From an uncultured Flavobacteriales bacterium (lineage in GTDB: Bacteria; Bacteroidota; Bacteroidia; Flavobacteriales_D; Sanyastnellaceae), in assembly GCA_938082505.1 (NCBI GenBank), contig CALLLH010000024.1, positions 13,983 to 77,982 of the forward strand: 64,000 nucleotides of DNA, read 5' to 3'. Shown piece by piece: positions 35,485-44,217 of this stretch. A program made the position numbers and the translations under genes. Position 1 is the stretch's first letter, and each line of letters opens with the position of its first letter. The notes under the pieces were generated by a model. That model worked only from the letters and a program-made list of their open reading frames with translations. It made no database searches and had not been told where the DNA came from.

Positions 35485-36879
35485 ATGACATTCATCCGCA
35501 GCATCTCGGGGTTTCGGGGCACCATAGGAGGTTCCGAGCATGACAACCTTACCCCTCCGGATATCGTGCGCGCCACCCAGGGGTACGGCAGTTGGATCCT
35601 GGCCGGGCTCGCGGGTGCAGGACGCGAGGGGAGACCGAAGGTGGTCGTAGGACGCGACGCGCGTCCTTCCGGAGACATGGTCCAGCGCCTGGTGACCGGC
35701 ACGCTGATGGGCATGGGCATTGATGTCATCGACCTCGGATTGTCTACGACGCCTACCGTGGAAATGGCCGTGGTGGGGGAGGCTGCGGATGGAGGGATCA
35801 TCCTGACCGCCTCACACAATCCCGTGCAGTGGAATGCTTTGAAGTTGCTCGACTCCCGAGGGGCGTTCATCTCTGCCGAAGCCGGGGCCGAGGTCATTCG
35901 CAACTCCGCCGGGACCCATGTTTTCTCTCCCGTTGAAGAATTGGGACAGGTGACCCGGCATGACGGTTGGATCGATGCCCACATCCAGGCCATCCTTGAC
36001 CTTGAACTCGTGGACCGCGAAGCCATTGCATCCGCTGGATTCAAGGTGGCGGTCGACGCGGTGAACAGCACGGGCGGCATCGCTGTGCCCAAATTGCTGC
36101 ATGCCCTCGGCGTTGACGAGGTCATCGAATTGTACTGCGAGCCCCATGGACATTTTCCGCACAATCCGGAGCCAAGACCGGAGCACCTGACCGCCCTGTC
36201 CGGCGCCGTGAAGGAACACGGGTGTCACCTGGGAATCACCGTCGATCCCGATGTGGACCGGTTGGCCTTCGTGTGCGAGGATGGGAGCATGTTCGGCGAG
36301 GAATACACCCTGGTTGCCGTGGCGGACTATGTGCTGACCCACACCCCGGGGCCCGTGGTGAGCAATTTGAGTTCAACCCGCGCTTTGCGCGATGTGGCCA
36401 CCCGTCATGGTCAGGCGTACACGGCAAGTGCGGTTGGTGAGGTCAACGTCGTCAATGCCATGGAGGAAACCGGTGCCATCATCGGTGGAGAAGGGAATGG
36501 TGGGGTCATTTACCCGACGCTCCACGCGGGGAGGGACGCATTGGTGGGCATTGCACTCTTTCTTTCCCACCTCGCCCATCAAGCAATGTCAGCCTCCGAA
36601 CTCAGGAAAGGATATCCCCATTATGAGATGGTCAAGGCCAAGATTGATTTGAATCCGGATTGGGATGTGGACCGTCTGCTGCTGGACTTTGCAGGAACGG
36701 TCGCCGAGTTGACTCCGTCCACCATCGATGGCGTGAAACTGGACCTTCCCGAGGGCTGGGTCCATTTGCGCAAATCCAATACGGAACCGATCGTCAGGGT
36801 CTACGCTGAATCAGGTTCTACGGATGCTGCAGAGCACCTGGTGGAAACATACAGGGAACAGCTGCTGTCCTGCGCATGA
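35485..36879 (+). CDS. glmM: phosphoglucosamine mutase
   Basis: MTFIRSISGFRGTIGG, phospho-Ser loop TASHNPVQWNALKLL, Mg loop ITVDPDVDRLAF and GEGNGG. Confidence 0.9.
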   Translation: MTFIRSISGFRGTIGGSEHDNLTPPDIVRATQGYGSWILAGLAGAGREGRPKVVVGRDARPSGDMVQRLVTGTLMGMGIDVIDLGLSTTPTVEMAVVGEAADGGIILTASHNPVQWNALKLLDSRGAFISAEAGAEVIRNSAGTHVFSPVEELGQVTRHDGWIDAHIQAILDLELVDREAIASAGFKVAVDAVNSTGGIAVPKLLHALGVDEVIELYCEPHGHFPHNPEPRPEHLTALSGAVKEHGCHLGITVDPDVDRLAFVCEDGSMFGEEYTLVAVADYVLTHTPGPVVSNLSSTRALRDVATRHGQAYTASAVGEVNVVNAMEETGAIIGGEGNGGVIYPTLHAGRDALVGIALFLSHLAHQAMSASELRKGYPHYEMVKAKIDLNPDWDVDRLLLDFAGTVAELTPSTIDGVKLDLPEGWVHLRKSNTEPIVRVYAESGSTDAAEHLVETYREQLLSCA

Positions 36880-36952
36880 ATGTGCGGCTGGTGAGGTTCA
36901 TCCCTTGATTGGCCCTATTTTGGAAACCCAAACACCCCGAGACCCTCACGCA

Positions 36953-38098
36953 ATGAACGTGTACCTCGACAATGCTGCTACTACTCCCATGCTTCCGGAG
37001 GTGGTGGATGTGATGGTTCCCTACATGAGGGACCATTTCGGCAATCCTTCTTCCACGCATCAATTCGGGAGGAAGACCAAGACGGCCATTGAACAGGCGC
37101 GTCGGCGCATTGCCCAGCACCTCAATGTACAGCCCCGCACGATCTGCTTCACGAGTGGGGGGACGGAGGCGGACAACATGGCCCTGCATTCCGCAGTGGA
37201 GCAATTGGGTTGCCGCCGGATTCTCACCTGTGCGACGGAGCACAGTGCCGTGCTCAAGACCGCGGAACACCTCGGTCGGCGAGAGGGCGTCACTTTCGGC
37301 CTGCTCAAATTGGATGAGTTCGGCAAGGTGGACGTGTCGGAGCTTGCCTCCGTGCTGTCCGATGGGGTGCCGACGATGGTTTCCGTGATGCACGGCAACA
37401 ACGAGGTGGGCATCCTGCAGGACATCGCCTCCATTGGGGCCTGTTGCAGGCAAAATGGAGCCCTTTTCCACACCGATACGGTGCAGACCATGGGGCATTA
37501 CAGGATGGACCTTTCCCAGCTCCCCATTGATTTTGCAGCCTGTAGCGCCCACAAATTGCACGGGCCGAAAGGCGCCGGATTCCTCTACGTCAGGGATGGC
37601 TTGCGCATAGGAGCGCACATCATTGGCGGCAGCCAGGAGAGGGCGATGAGGGGAGGTACGGAAAACCTCTTGGGCATCATTGGTTTCGCGGAAGCGTTTG
37701 ACCTTGCGATGGCCGATCTCGACGCCCACGCATCCCACATTCGTGGAATCAAGGCCGAGATGGTGGAGGGGTTGCGCGATGCCGTTCCGGGCGTGCGTTT
37801 CAATGGGGGGTCCGATGGGGAGGACAGCCTCTACACCGTATTGAGCGTGAATTTCCCGAAACATGAGAAGAACGGAATGATGCTGTTTCTGCTCGACCTC
37901 GATGGCGTGGCGTGCTCAGGTGGGAGTGCCTGCTCGAGCGGGAGCACACAGCCGTCCCACGTGCTGTCGGCACTGGGGTTCCATGAGGAGGGAAGGACTT
38001 CGATCCGTTTTTCTTTCAGCCGACTCACCACGAGCGCATGCATCCAGCATGCCTTGAAGGCGGTTGCCCGCATCCGGGCTGCGGCAGTATTGGTTTGA
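36953..38098 (+). CDS. cysteine desulfurase (NifS/IscS-like, class V aminotransferase)
   Basis: MNVYLDNAATTPM, PLP-Lys block SAHKLHGPKGAGFLYV and Cys loop ACSGGSACSSGS. ATG 36953. Confidence 0.9.
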   Translation: MNVYLDNAATTPMLPEVVDVMVPYMRDHFGNPSSTHQFGRKTKTAIEQARRRIAQHLNVQPRTICFTSGGTEADNMALHSAVEQLGCRRILTCATEHSAVLKTAEHLGRREGVTFGLLKLDEFGKVDVSELASVLSDGVPTMVSVMHGNNEVGILQDIASIGACCRQNGALFHTDTVQTMGHYRMDLSQLPIDFAACSAHKLHGPKGAGFLYVRDGLRIGAHIIGGSQERAMRGGTENLLGIIGFAEAFDLAMADLDAHASHIRGIKAEMVEGLRDAVPGVRFNGGSDGEDSLYTVLSVNFPKHEKNGMMLFLLDLDGVACSGGSACSSGSTQPSHVLSALGFHEEGRTSIRFSFSRLTTSACIQHALKAVARIRAAAVLV

Positions 38099-38145
38099 AT
38101 CCAACCACAAGGGCCATCGCTTCCGGCGCTTTCCGGTAAAATGAA

Positions 38146-38195
38146 GAAAGGGCGGAAGCGGTCCGGCAACTGCGCCTGAAACCGTCCGCCCTTTC
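38146..38195. terminator. long imperfect hairpin between convergent genes
   Basis: gaaagggcgga (38146-38156) pairs with tccgccctttc (38185-38195). The inner cggt/accg pairing extends the stem. Confidence 0.4.
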
Positions 38196-38221
38196 CTAAG
38201 GGGGCTCAATTGGGCTGGGCA

Positions 38222-38683
38222 TCATTCTTTTGTCAGGATGTCCATTTCGTTGGTGATGATGGTCGTCGTAGCCACGGAAACACACCCGAGTGGAACGTAG
38301 GTGCCGACCGGCATCTCTGACTTGATGTGGACGATGAGGTCTTCATCCGCCTCCACCGAGATGGGAACGCGGGTCGCCTGGCCGTGGGTCATTCCTGAGG
38401 CGAGGGCGCCACCTTGGGTGCTCATCACATTGAAGGTGACCTCGCCGAGCTCCGGGTGGGTGCTGATGACGAGGTCGATTTCTCCGGTGGATTCCACCTC
38501 GATGAGGGCTGCGGCACTTTCCCCGCGGCCGAGGGTTCCGGTTGTGATCTGGTCGATGGCGAGATCGGGTGAAAGGGCACTGATCACCCGTTGCTTCGAG
38601 AATTTCCGGCACTGGGCCGTGGCTTCGGATGCCAGCAGGAATGCAGCGGAAAGCAGCAGGAGTATGGGGGCTTTGTTGGTCAT
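38222..38683 (-). CDS. hypothetical secreted protein
   Basis: 153 aa from ATG 38683 with signal peptide MTNKAPILLLLSAAFLLASEATAQ. Beta-rich, with no family recognised. Confidence 0.55.
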   Translation of the reverse strand: MTNKAPILLLLSAAFLLASEATAQCRKFSKQRVISALSPDLAIDQITTGTLGRGESAAALIEVESTGEIDLVISTHPELGEVTFNVMSTQGGALASGMTHGQATRVPISVEADEDLIVHIKSEMPVGTYVPLGCVSVATTTIITNEMDILTKE

Positions 38684-38796
38684 GACGGTGGAGTTTGGGG
38701 GTTGATTCAGGGGGCTAACTTCAAGCGATTCGTTGCGCGGCAACAGGAGCTCCGTTAGCATGGACACTGACTTTTGTCATGGGGCATTTGGAAATG

Positions 38797-38824
38797 AAAA
38801 AAGCGCCACCCCGAAGGGTGACGC
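38797..38824 (-). terminator. rho-independent terminator after CDS 38851..39288
   Basis: The minus-strand RNA is GCGUCACCC-UUCG-GGGUGGCGC followed by UUUUUU. Confidence 0.8.
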
Positions 38825-38850
38825 CTTTCCAAGTGACATCTGGAGCGGGG

Positions 38851-39288
38851 TCAGAGTGCGGTCAGCTGCATCCTGAGGATGCGGACCGGTACTCCGATGG
38901 CGTCGATTTCCTGGCGCATGCGTGCCAAGGCGGCAGACTTTGTGGGTGCTGCGACTTTCAGGTAGCGCTCTTCTCGGGCATCAAAGGCCCCATTGATGGG
39001 CACGACCACTGCGCGCACCATATAGCGTTCCTGGACATGGACGCGGTTGGCATGGCTTGAGGCGCCTGTGCTGAAGGCATTGTTGTGGGCCTGCACAGCC
39101 GGGCTGCACATCGACGCACGGGCCGGGCCGGTGTGCTTTCCGTTGGTCGAAAAGTTGGTGCTGACGGTTGTGTTGTTCGCGATACCGTGCCCCTTGCCCA
39201 TGCGGGTTGCATTGGCACCCTGGGCGAAGGCGGCGGTGGTGGCGAACACCAGGACGGCGGCGAAGGCGGAGGAGAGAATCTTGTTCAT
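38851..39288 (-). CDS. hypothetical secreted protein
   Basis: 145 aa with signal peptide MNKILSSAFAAVLVFATTAAFAQ, a low-complexity N/T/S/H-rich middle and a basic C-terminal ~55 aa. It has its own terminator. Confidence 0.55.
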   Translation of the reverse strand: MNKILSSAFAAVLVFATTAAFAQGANATRMGKGHGIANNTTVSTNFSTNGKHTGPARASMCSPAVQAHNNAFSTGASSHANRVHVQERYMVRAVVVPINGAFDAREERYLKVAAPTKSAALARMRQEIDAIGVPVRILRMQLTAL

Positions 39289-39381
39289 GGCGTGGGGGAT
39301 GTTGGGGTTGTTGACAGGTCAAACATCCCACACCTCCTGCGCCTTCGCGGTGACGCCCGCCGCCCCGTACGCTGACTTTCG

Positions 39382-40797
39382 TCAGTCTACGGCCATGCGC
39401 ACCGAGCGCCCGTCCTCCGTGACCAGCAGCGAGAGCCCCGAGGGCACAGGCATGCGGCAGCTTGGGCCTTGGGCTCGTCCGGCATCCAGAATCCGGCCAT
39501 CCATACCGAACAGCGTCCAGCGTTGGCCCGGGGTCAATCCTTCCACGAGCACTCCGCTCATGTTCGGGCGCCAGGTCAAGGTTTCCAGGGCCACATCAAG
39601 GACCGCCGTCGGGTTGCAGAGTTCGGCCAGTCCATTGATCCACACAGTGCCGCCCAGAATGGCGAGCAGGGCACAGCCCCCGTGGTCGAGGGGACCCCCA
39701 TTGATGGTGGTGACCTGCGTGGCGCCATTGTCGTTCATCCAGGCTTCGGCGACCAGCGCATTGTCGTAAAATACCTGCTCGTCCTCCGTGCAGTAATACA
39801 TCTGAACGGGGCTCTCCGGCACCCATTGATAGAGGTCATTGTCCTGGGCCGCAATGAAGAAGGGGTGGTCCTCCGACATCAGCCCTTCCAAGGCGCCGGG
39901 CTGGACGATATCCTCCGTGGGACCGGCGAGGTATTCATTGATCACGAAGCCCTCGGTCTCTCCGTCAAAGAAGGGAGGCAATCCGCTGGCATACGGCTCC
40001 TGGAAGATCTCGGAGAGGTCCACGTAGATGTTGCCATAGGTCTGTTGCCATGCGAGCAGGGTGTAGGCCAGGTAGGCAGGGTTGGAATACTCGTCCTGGG
40101 CCATGCCGGCGGGCAGCTGGGTGCCGGACATGTCATAGGGTCCGCTCATGGGTGCTGCGGCGGCGAGTGGGAATCCGGCATCGGGATCCTCCTGCATGCG
40201 CTTGGCCATGGCCATGGCGGCATGACCTCCCTGAGAGTATCCGCTGACGAAGTGTTCCCCGGTGAGTCCGATGCCCAGCTCATCCTGCAGGGCGGTGACC
40301 GCCTCCAGCAGGGCGATGCCCGCCTCGGCTTCGGATGCGGCATGCACATATGGGTGCAATACATCTTCGCTGGATCCCAGTCCGAGATAGTCGGGCATCA
40401 GGCCAATCATGCCTCCGGATGCCATGAGGAATCCCAGTTCGCCCTCGAATCCATCGTAGGAAGGGGCGCCCTCCCGCAGGAAGACGGTGCCGTGCATATA
40501 GGTGTGCGTCGGCAAGGCACAGGCTGCGGTATTTCCTTCTTCATCCACGGGCAGGAACATGGCCCCGCTCACATCATGGGACTGACCGAGGTAATCCATG
40601 GGGTAGGTGACACGGTACTTGGCGACGTTGAAATCAATGGGGAGCAGCCCGTCAGGAATCCCGAGAATGCCCGCAAGGCCCTGCACCTGTATGGCACTGC
40701 GGACTTCGAGCAATTCGACGCTCTGGGCTTGAATGTTGGGGGAGGAGATGAAAAGCAGGGCGGCCATCATGGCGCCGGCGAGGTTCAATGCACGCAT
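39382..40797 (-). CDS. secreted alpha/beta-hydrolase (lipase-like) with T9SS-type C-terminal domain
   Basis: Signal peptide, nucleophile elbow SGYSQGGHAAMA and tail LTWRPNMSGVLVEG...GLSLLVTEDGRSVRMAVD. Confidence 0.7.
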   Translation of the reverse strand: MRALNLAGAMMAALLFISSPNIQAQSVELLEVRSAIQVQGLAGILGIPDGLLPIDFNVAKYRVTYPMDYLGQSHDVSGAMFLPVDEEGNTAACALPTHTYMHGTVFLREGAPSYDGFEGELGFLMASGGMIGLMPDYLGLGSSEDVLHPYVHAASEAEAGIALLEAVTALQDELGIGLTGEHFVSGYSQGGHAAMAMAKRMQEDPDAGFPLAAAAPMSGPYDMSGTQLPAGMAQDEYSNPAYLAYTLLAWQQTYGNIYVDLSEIFQEPYASGLPPFFDGETEGFVINEYLAGPTEDIVQPGALEGLMSEDHPFFIAAQDNDLYQWVPESPVQMYYCTEDEQVFYDNALVAEAWMNDNGATQVTTINGGPLDHGGCALLAILGGTVWINGLAELCNPTAVLDVALETLTWRPNMSGVLVEGLTPGQRWTLFGMDGRILDAGRAQGPSCRMPVPSGLSLLVTEDGRSVRMAVD

Positions 40798-40821
40798 GCG
40801 GCCAAAATAGGCCGCAAACCA

Positions 40822-42069
40822 TCAGTCTTTGGGAGGAAAGTACACGAGCGTGCTGAGGCGGTCCGGGTCGAGGACTTCGTTGGCGACCTCCAACACGTCG
40901 TCAGCCGTGACGGACTCGATCGCCTGGAATGCCTCTTCAAGCGGCCGGACCCGGTCGTACATCATGATGCTCTTGCCCATGGTCGACATCCAGCCCGCTC
41001 CGCTCTCGGCACCGAGCGCGATCTGGCCGATGATCTGCTGCTTGGCCTGCTTTAGCGTCACCACGCCGAGCCGTTTCTCGCGGGCGTCGCGCAGCTCCTT
41101 CATCACCAGCCGCTCCGCGCGGGCGAACGTCTTGACGTCCGTCCCGAAATACACGGTGAACTCGCCGGTGTCGGCGTAAGGGAAGTAGCTGCTCTCGATG
41201 TTGTAGCAGATGCCGTGGCGCTCGCGGATGTTGAGGTTGAGCCTCGCATTCATGCCGGGCCCACCGAGGTGGTTGGACAGCAGCATCAGTGCCGTCCGTT
41301 TCGGGTCGTCCATCCCGTATGCCGGGCTGCCGATGACGGCGTGTACCTGATGGACGGCATGGTCGCCTTCCTGGCGGCAGGGCGTGTAACCGCTCGGTGC
41401 GGTGCGCTCTCCGCGGCTTGGTCCCGTCTGCCGCTCGGACAGATGCTTCTCCGTGAGCCGCTTGACCTGTTTGGCGGGCATGGGGCCGACCGAGCTGAAG
41501 ACGAGCCGGTCGTTGCGGTACTGGCGCTCGATGAACCGGAGCACATCCTTGCGGCCGAAGCGCGACACCGACTTCTCCGTCCCGAGGATGTTGCGGCCCA
41601 GTGCGTGGCCAGGGTACAGCACCTCCTGGAACTCGTCGAAGATGGCGTCGCCGGGATTGTCCCGCCAAGCGTGAATCTCATCGATGATGACGTCGCGCTC
41701 CTTGGCGATCTCACGCACGGGAAAGGTCGAATGGAAGGCGATGTCGGCAATCAGCTCGACGGCGCGACCGAGGTGCTCCGACAGGTAGGATGCCGTGATC
41801 CATGTCTCCTCTTTGGAGGTGTATGCATTGAGCTCGGCCCCGACACTGTCCAGCCGGTTCAGGATGTGGAAGGTGCGCCGTTTGGTCGTGCCCTTGAACA
41901 ACGAATGCTCAATGAAGTGCGCCAGCCCATTCTCGTCTTCGCGTTCGTCGCGGGAGCCCGCTTCGATCAGCAACCCGCAGTGCCCGATGTTGCGTCCGTC
42001 CTCGAGGTGCACGCACCGGATGCCGTTCGGCAGGGTCCAGGAATGGAAGGTGGTAGGGTCGGGCGACAT
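40822..42069 (-). CDS. M16-family (insulinase/pitrilysin) zinc peptidase
   Basis: Inverted zincin motif GLAHFIEHSLFKGT. 415 aa, two-lobed size. Confidence 0.85.
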   Translation of the reverse strand: MSPDPTTFHSWTLPNGIRCVHLEDGRNIGHCGLLIEAGSRDEREDENGLAHFIEHSLFKGTTKRRTFHILNRLDSVGAELNAYTSKEETWITASYLSEHLGRAVELIADIAFHSTFPVREIAKERDVIIDEIHAWRDNPGDAIFDEFQEVLYPGHALGRNILGTEKSVSRFGRKDVLRFIERQYRNDRLVFSSVGPMPAKQVKRLTEKHLSERQTGPSRGERTAPSGYTPCRQEGDHAVHQVHAVIGSPAYGMDDPKRTALMLLSNHLGGPGMNARLNLNIRERHGICYNIESSYFPYADTGEFTVYFGTDVKTFARAERLVMKELRDAREKRLGVVTLKQAKQQIIGQIALGAESGAGWMSTMGKSIMMYDRVRPLEEAFQAIESVTADDVLEVANEVLDPDRLSTLVYFPPKD

Positions 42070-42099
42070 GGCCCGCGAATGTACGCTCCGGTGGGACCC

Positions 42100-42276
42100 T
42101 TATCCCATACGGAATGCGCGCTTGCACTTGCAGGCCGCGCATTGGCCACAGGCGCCCTTTTTGGCGGTTGCCGTATGAGGAGAATCCGGGGCCTTTGCGG
42201 CCGCGGAGGCTGTGGGGTCGAAGGTCAGGAAAGCCCCGTGGATGGAGACGAAGAGGAGGTCGTGGCGGCTGTTCAT
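42100..42276 (-). CDS. small Cys-rich ORF (58 aa), hypothetical
   Basis: My translation is MNSRHDLLFVSIHGAFLTFDPTASAAAKAPDSPHTATAKKGACGQCAACKCKRAFRMG. Strong GC3 bias like neighbouring genes. It is below the 60-aa cut-off of the ORF track and ends 30 nt upstream of the M16 peptidase. Confidence 0.45.
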   Translation of the reverse strand: MNSRHDLLFVSIHGAFLTFDPTASAAAKAPDSPHTATAKKGACGQCAACKCKRAFRMG

Positions 42277-42430
42277 GGCAAAGGGGTTGGCTTGATGCCC
42301 TTGGGCGTGTGGTTCACTGCATGACGCAGAGGTAGGACCACAGACAGCCAGCCCGAATGACCGTCGTCATGAGAAGGGATGACTTTGCATGGAACAGGAA
42401 AGTGGCCTGAGCCCAGCCCCAATCAGGGGG

Positions 42431-43795
42431 TCACATCACGGCGAGCAGCAACAGGCAGACGGTCAGTCCAACCGCCATGAAGCGCAGGGTGTAGGGCAGG
42501 ATGTCCTTGGCCGCCAATCCGGTGATGCCCAGCAATGGCAGGGCCCAGAATGGTTGCAGCATGTTGGTCAATTCATCGCCGTACGCCATGGCGAGGACGG
42601 TGCGGTCCAAGGGAACACCCAGGTCGAGAGCGGCGCTGACGAGCAGCGGGCCCTGCACAGCCCACTGTCCTCCACCGCTGGGTACGAAGATGTTGACGAT
42701 GCCGGCGGACAGCAGGGTCCACATTTCGAATGTGGCCGGAGTCGAAAGGCTGACCATGGCCCCGGAGAGCGAATGGACCAGGCCGGTACCGCTCATGATG
42801 CCCATGATGCCGAAGTAGAGGGGAAACTGGATGAGGATGCCGGAGGTGCCGCCGATGGCCGCATCGATGGAGGCGAGGAAGCGCTTCAGGCTGCCGTGAA
42901 GGAGGAAGGCGAGGCCGAGCAGGGTCTGGTTGGTCCAGTCGGGGTCGATGAAGCCCAACCTGGCTGCATCGGGGTGCGTCGCGGCCGAACGCACAGCCAG
43001 GACGAGCAGGATCGCACCGAATATGCCGGGCAGGATGCGCAGCACCGGGCCAATGGGCTCGGAAGGGCCGCCTGCCTCCGTGGGGGGCGGGAGGGCCGGT
43101 CCGACGGCGTCTTGGCGGTCCAACCGTCGGCCCATCCACCACGCTGTGGCGGCCACGGCGGTCATGAGGCAGGCTGTAACCAGCAGATTGTACACCGAGA
43201 ATACGGTCAGGCCGAGGGGCAGGGTATCCGGAAGAAGGTCGGGGCTCAATCCCGCCAACGCTGCCACATCGGCCAAATGTCCCGATTCTGCGACCTTGAT
43301 GGGAGCAGAGCCGCTCAAGCCTCCGTGCCACACCATCAGGCCACTGTATCCGGCCGCACCCAGGAGGCCGTAATGCAGGGGCAAGCCTCTATTGGCGGCC
43401 CGTTCGCCCACTTTCCGGGCGAGGACGGCCCCGACGATCAGGCCGAGTCCCCAGTTGATCCAACCGGCTGTGCAGGCCACCAACGCCACCACGGCAGCCG
43501 CCCGAGCGTTCGTGGTGCCGGCGAGGTCCACTGCACGTTGAATGCCCCGGTCCGCGGCCGGACTCAGGGCGAGCGCATGGCCCAGCACCAGCATGAAAGC
43601 CGCCTGGAACGCAAAGACCAGCAAGGACCGGTTCCACAGCCCGTCACGCCAAGAAGTGGCAACGGTGTCGACATCGGCGCCCCCAAACAGCGCCGCCACC
43701 GCCGTTACGGCCGTGAGGCCGAGGGCGATGGCGAGCGGAGAGGGTACCCAGGCGAAACGGTCCGCCTCGGAATTTGCTTCAGGAGCCGCGTCCAT
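42431..43795 (-). CDS. atoE: short-chain fatty acid transporter family protein (AtoE/TIGR00366-like)
   Basis: IVNIFVPSGGGQWAVQGPLL and AMAYGDELTNMLQPFWALPLLGITGL. About 12 TM. ATG 43795. Confidence 0.75.
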   Translation of the reverse strand: MDAAPEANSEADRFAWVPSPLAIALGLTAVTAVAALFGGADVDTVATSWRDGLWNRSLLVFAFQAAFMLVLGHALALSPAADRGIQRAVDLAGTTNARAAAVVALVACTAGWINWGLGLIVGAVLARKVGERAANRGLPLHYGLLGAAGYSGLMVWHGGLSGSAPIKVAESGHLADVAALAGLSPDLLPDTLPLGLTVFSVYNLLVTACLMTAVAATAWWMGRRLDRQDAVGPALPPPTEAGGPSEPIGPVLRILPGIFGAILLVLAVRSAATHPDAARLGFIDPDWTNQTLLGLAFLLHGSLKRFLASIDAAIGGTSGILIQFPLYFGIMGIMSGTGLVHSLSGAMVSLSTPATFEMWTLLSAGIVNIFVPSGGGQWAVQGPLLVSAALDLGVPLDRTVLAMAYGDELTNMLQPFWALPLLGITGLAAKDILPYTLRFMAVGLTVCLLLLAVM

Positions 43796-43805
43796 GCGGC
43801 ACCGG

Positions 43806-44192
43806 TCAGAAGGGCAGGTCGTCCTCCGTGGAGGCCGGTGTGCCGGGATTGAAGGCCGGTGCGGGTGGAATGTCTGCCGCGACAGTCTGCGGTTGTCCTC
43901 CCTGTTCACCTGCAGGAACCTCGGCTCCCAGCTTCTCAACCCGCCAGGCATTCAGGTCGACATAGTAACGGTCGTTGTACTCGCGTCCACGGACGTCGAA
44001 CTTCACCGTGACCTGATCGCCTTCCTGGATGCCATTCAGTTGATCGGACTTCTCCTTCAAGGCGGAGAACTTCACATCGGAGGGATACTGCTCCGCGGTG
44101 GTGACCACGAATTCACGCTTGTAGAATTCACTGGTATCGGACTTCCAAGTGTCGAACAGACGCTTGACGGTCCCTTTCATCTCATAACTCAT
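43806..44192 (-). CDS. DUF3127 domain protein (OB-fold-like)
   Basis: MSYEMKGTVKRLFDTWKSDTSEFYKREFVVTTAEQYPSDVKFSALKEK...VKFDVRGREYNDRYYVDLNAWRVE. ATG 44192. Confidence 0.75.
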   Translation of the reverse strand: MSYEMKGTVKRLFDTWKSDTSEFYKREFVVTTAEQYPSDVKFSALKEKSDQLNGIQEGDQVTVKFDVRGREYNDRYYVDLNAWRVEKLGAEVPAGEQGGQPQTVAADIPPAPAFNPGTPASTEDDLPF

Positions 44193-44217
44193 ACAGCGAA
44201 TATCGCCTCTACGATCG

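Noticed and set aside
39469-43852. Chain of long plus-strand ORFs (39469..41055, 41215..42324, 42114..42335, 42389..43852)
   Set aside because: All lie opposite the lipase, M16 peptidase, small Cys-rich ORF and AtoE genes, which have clear motifs or GC3 bias. Their Arg/Gly/His-rich composition marks them as shadows.
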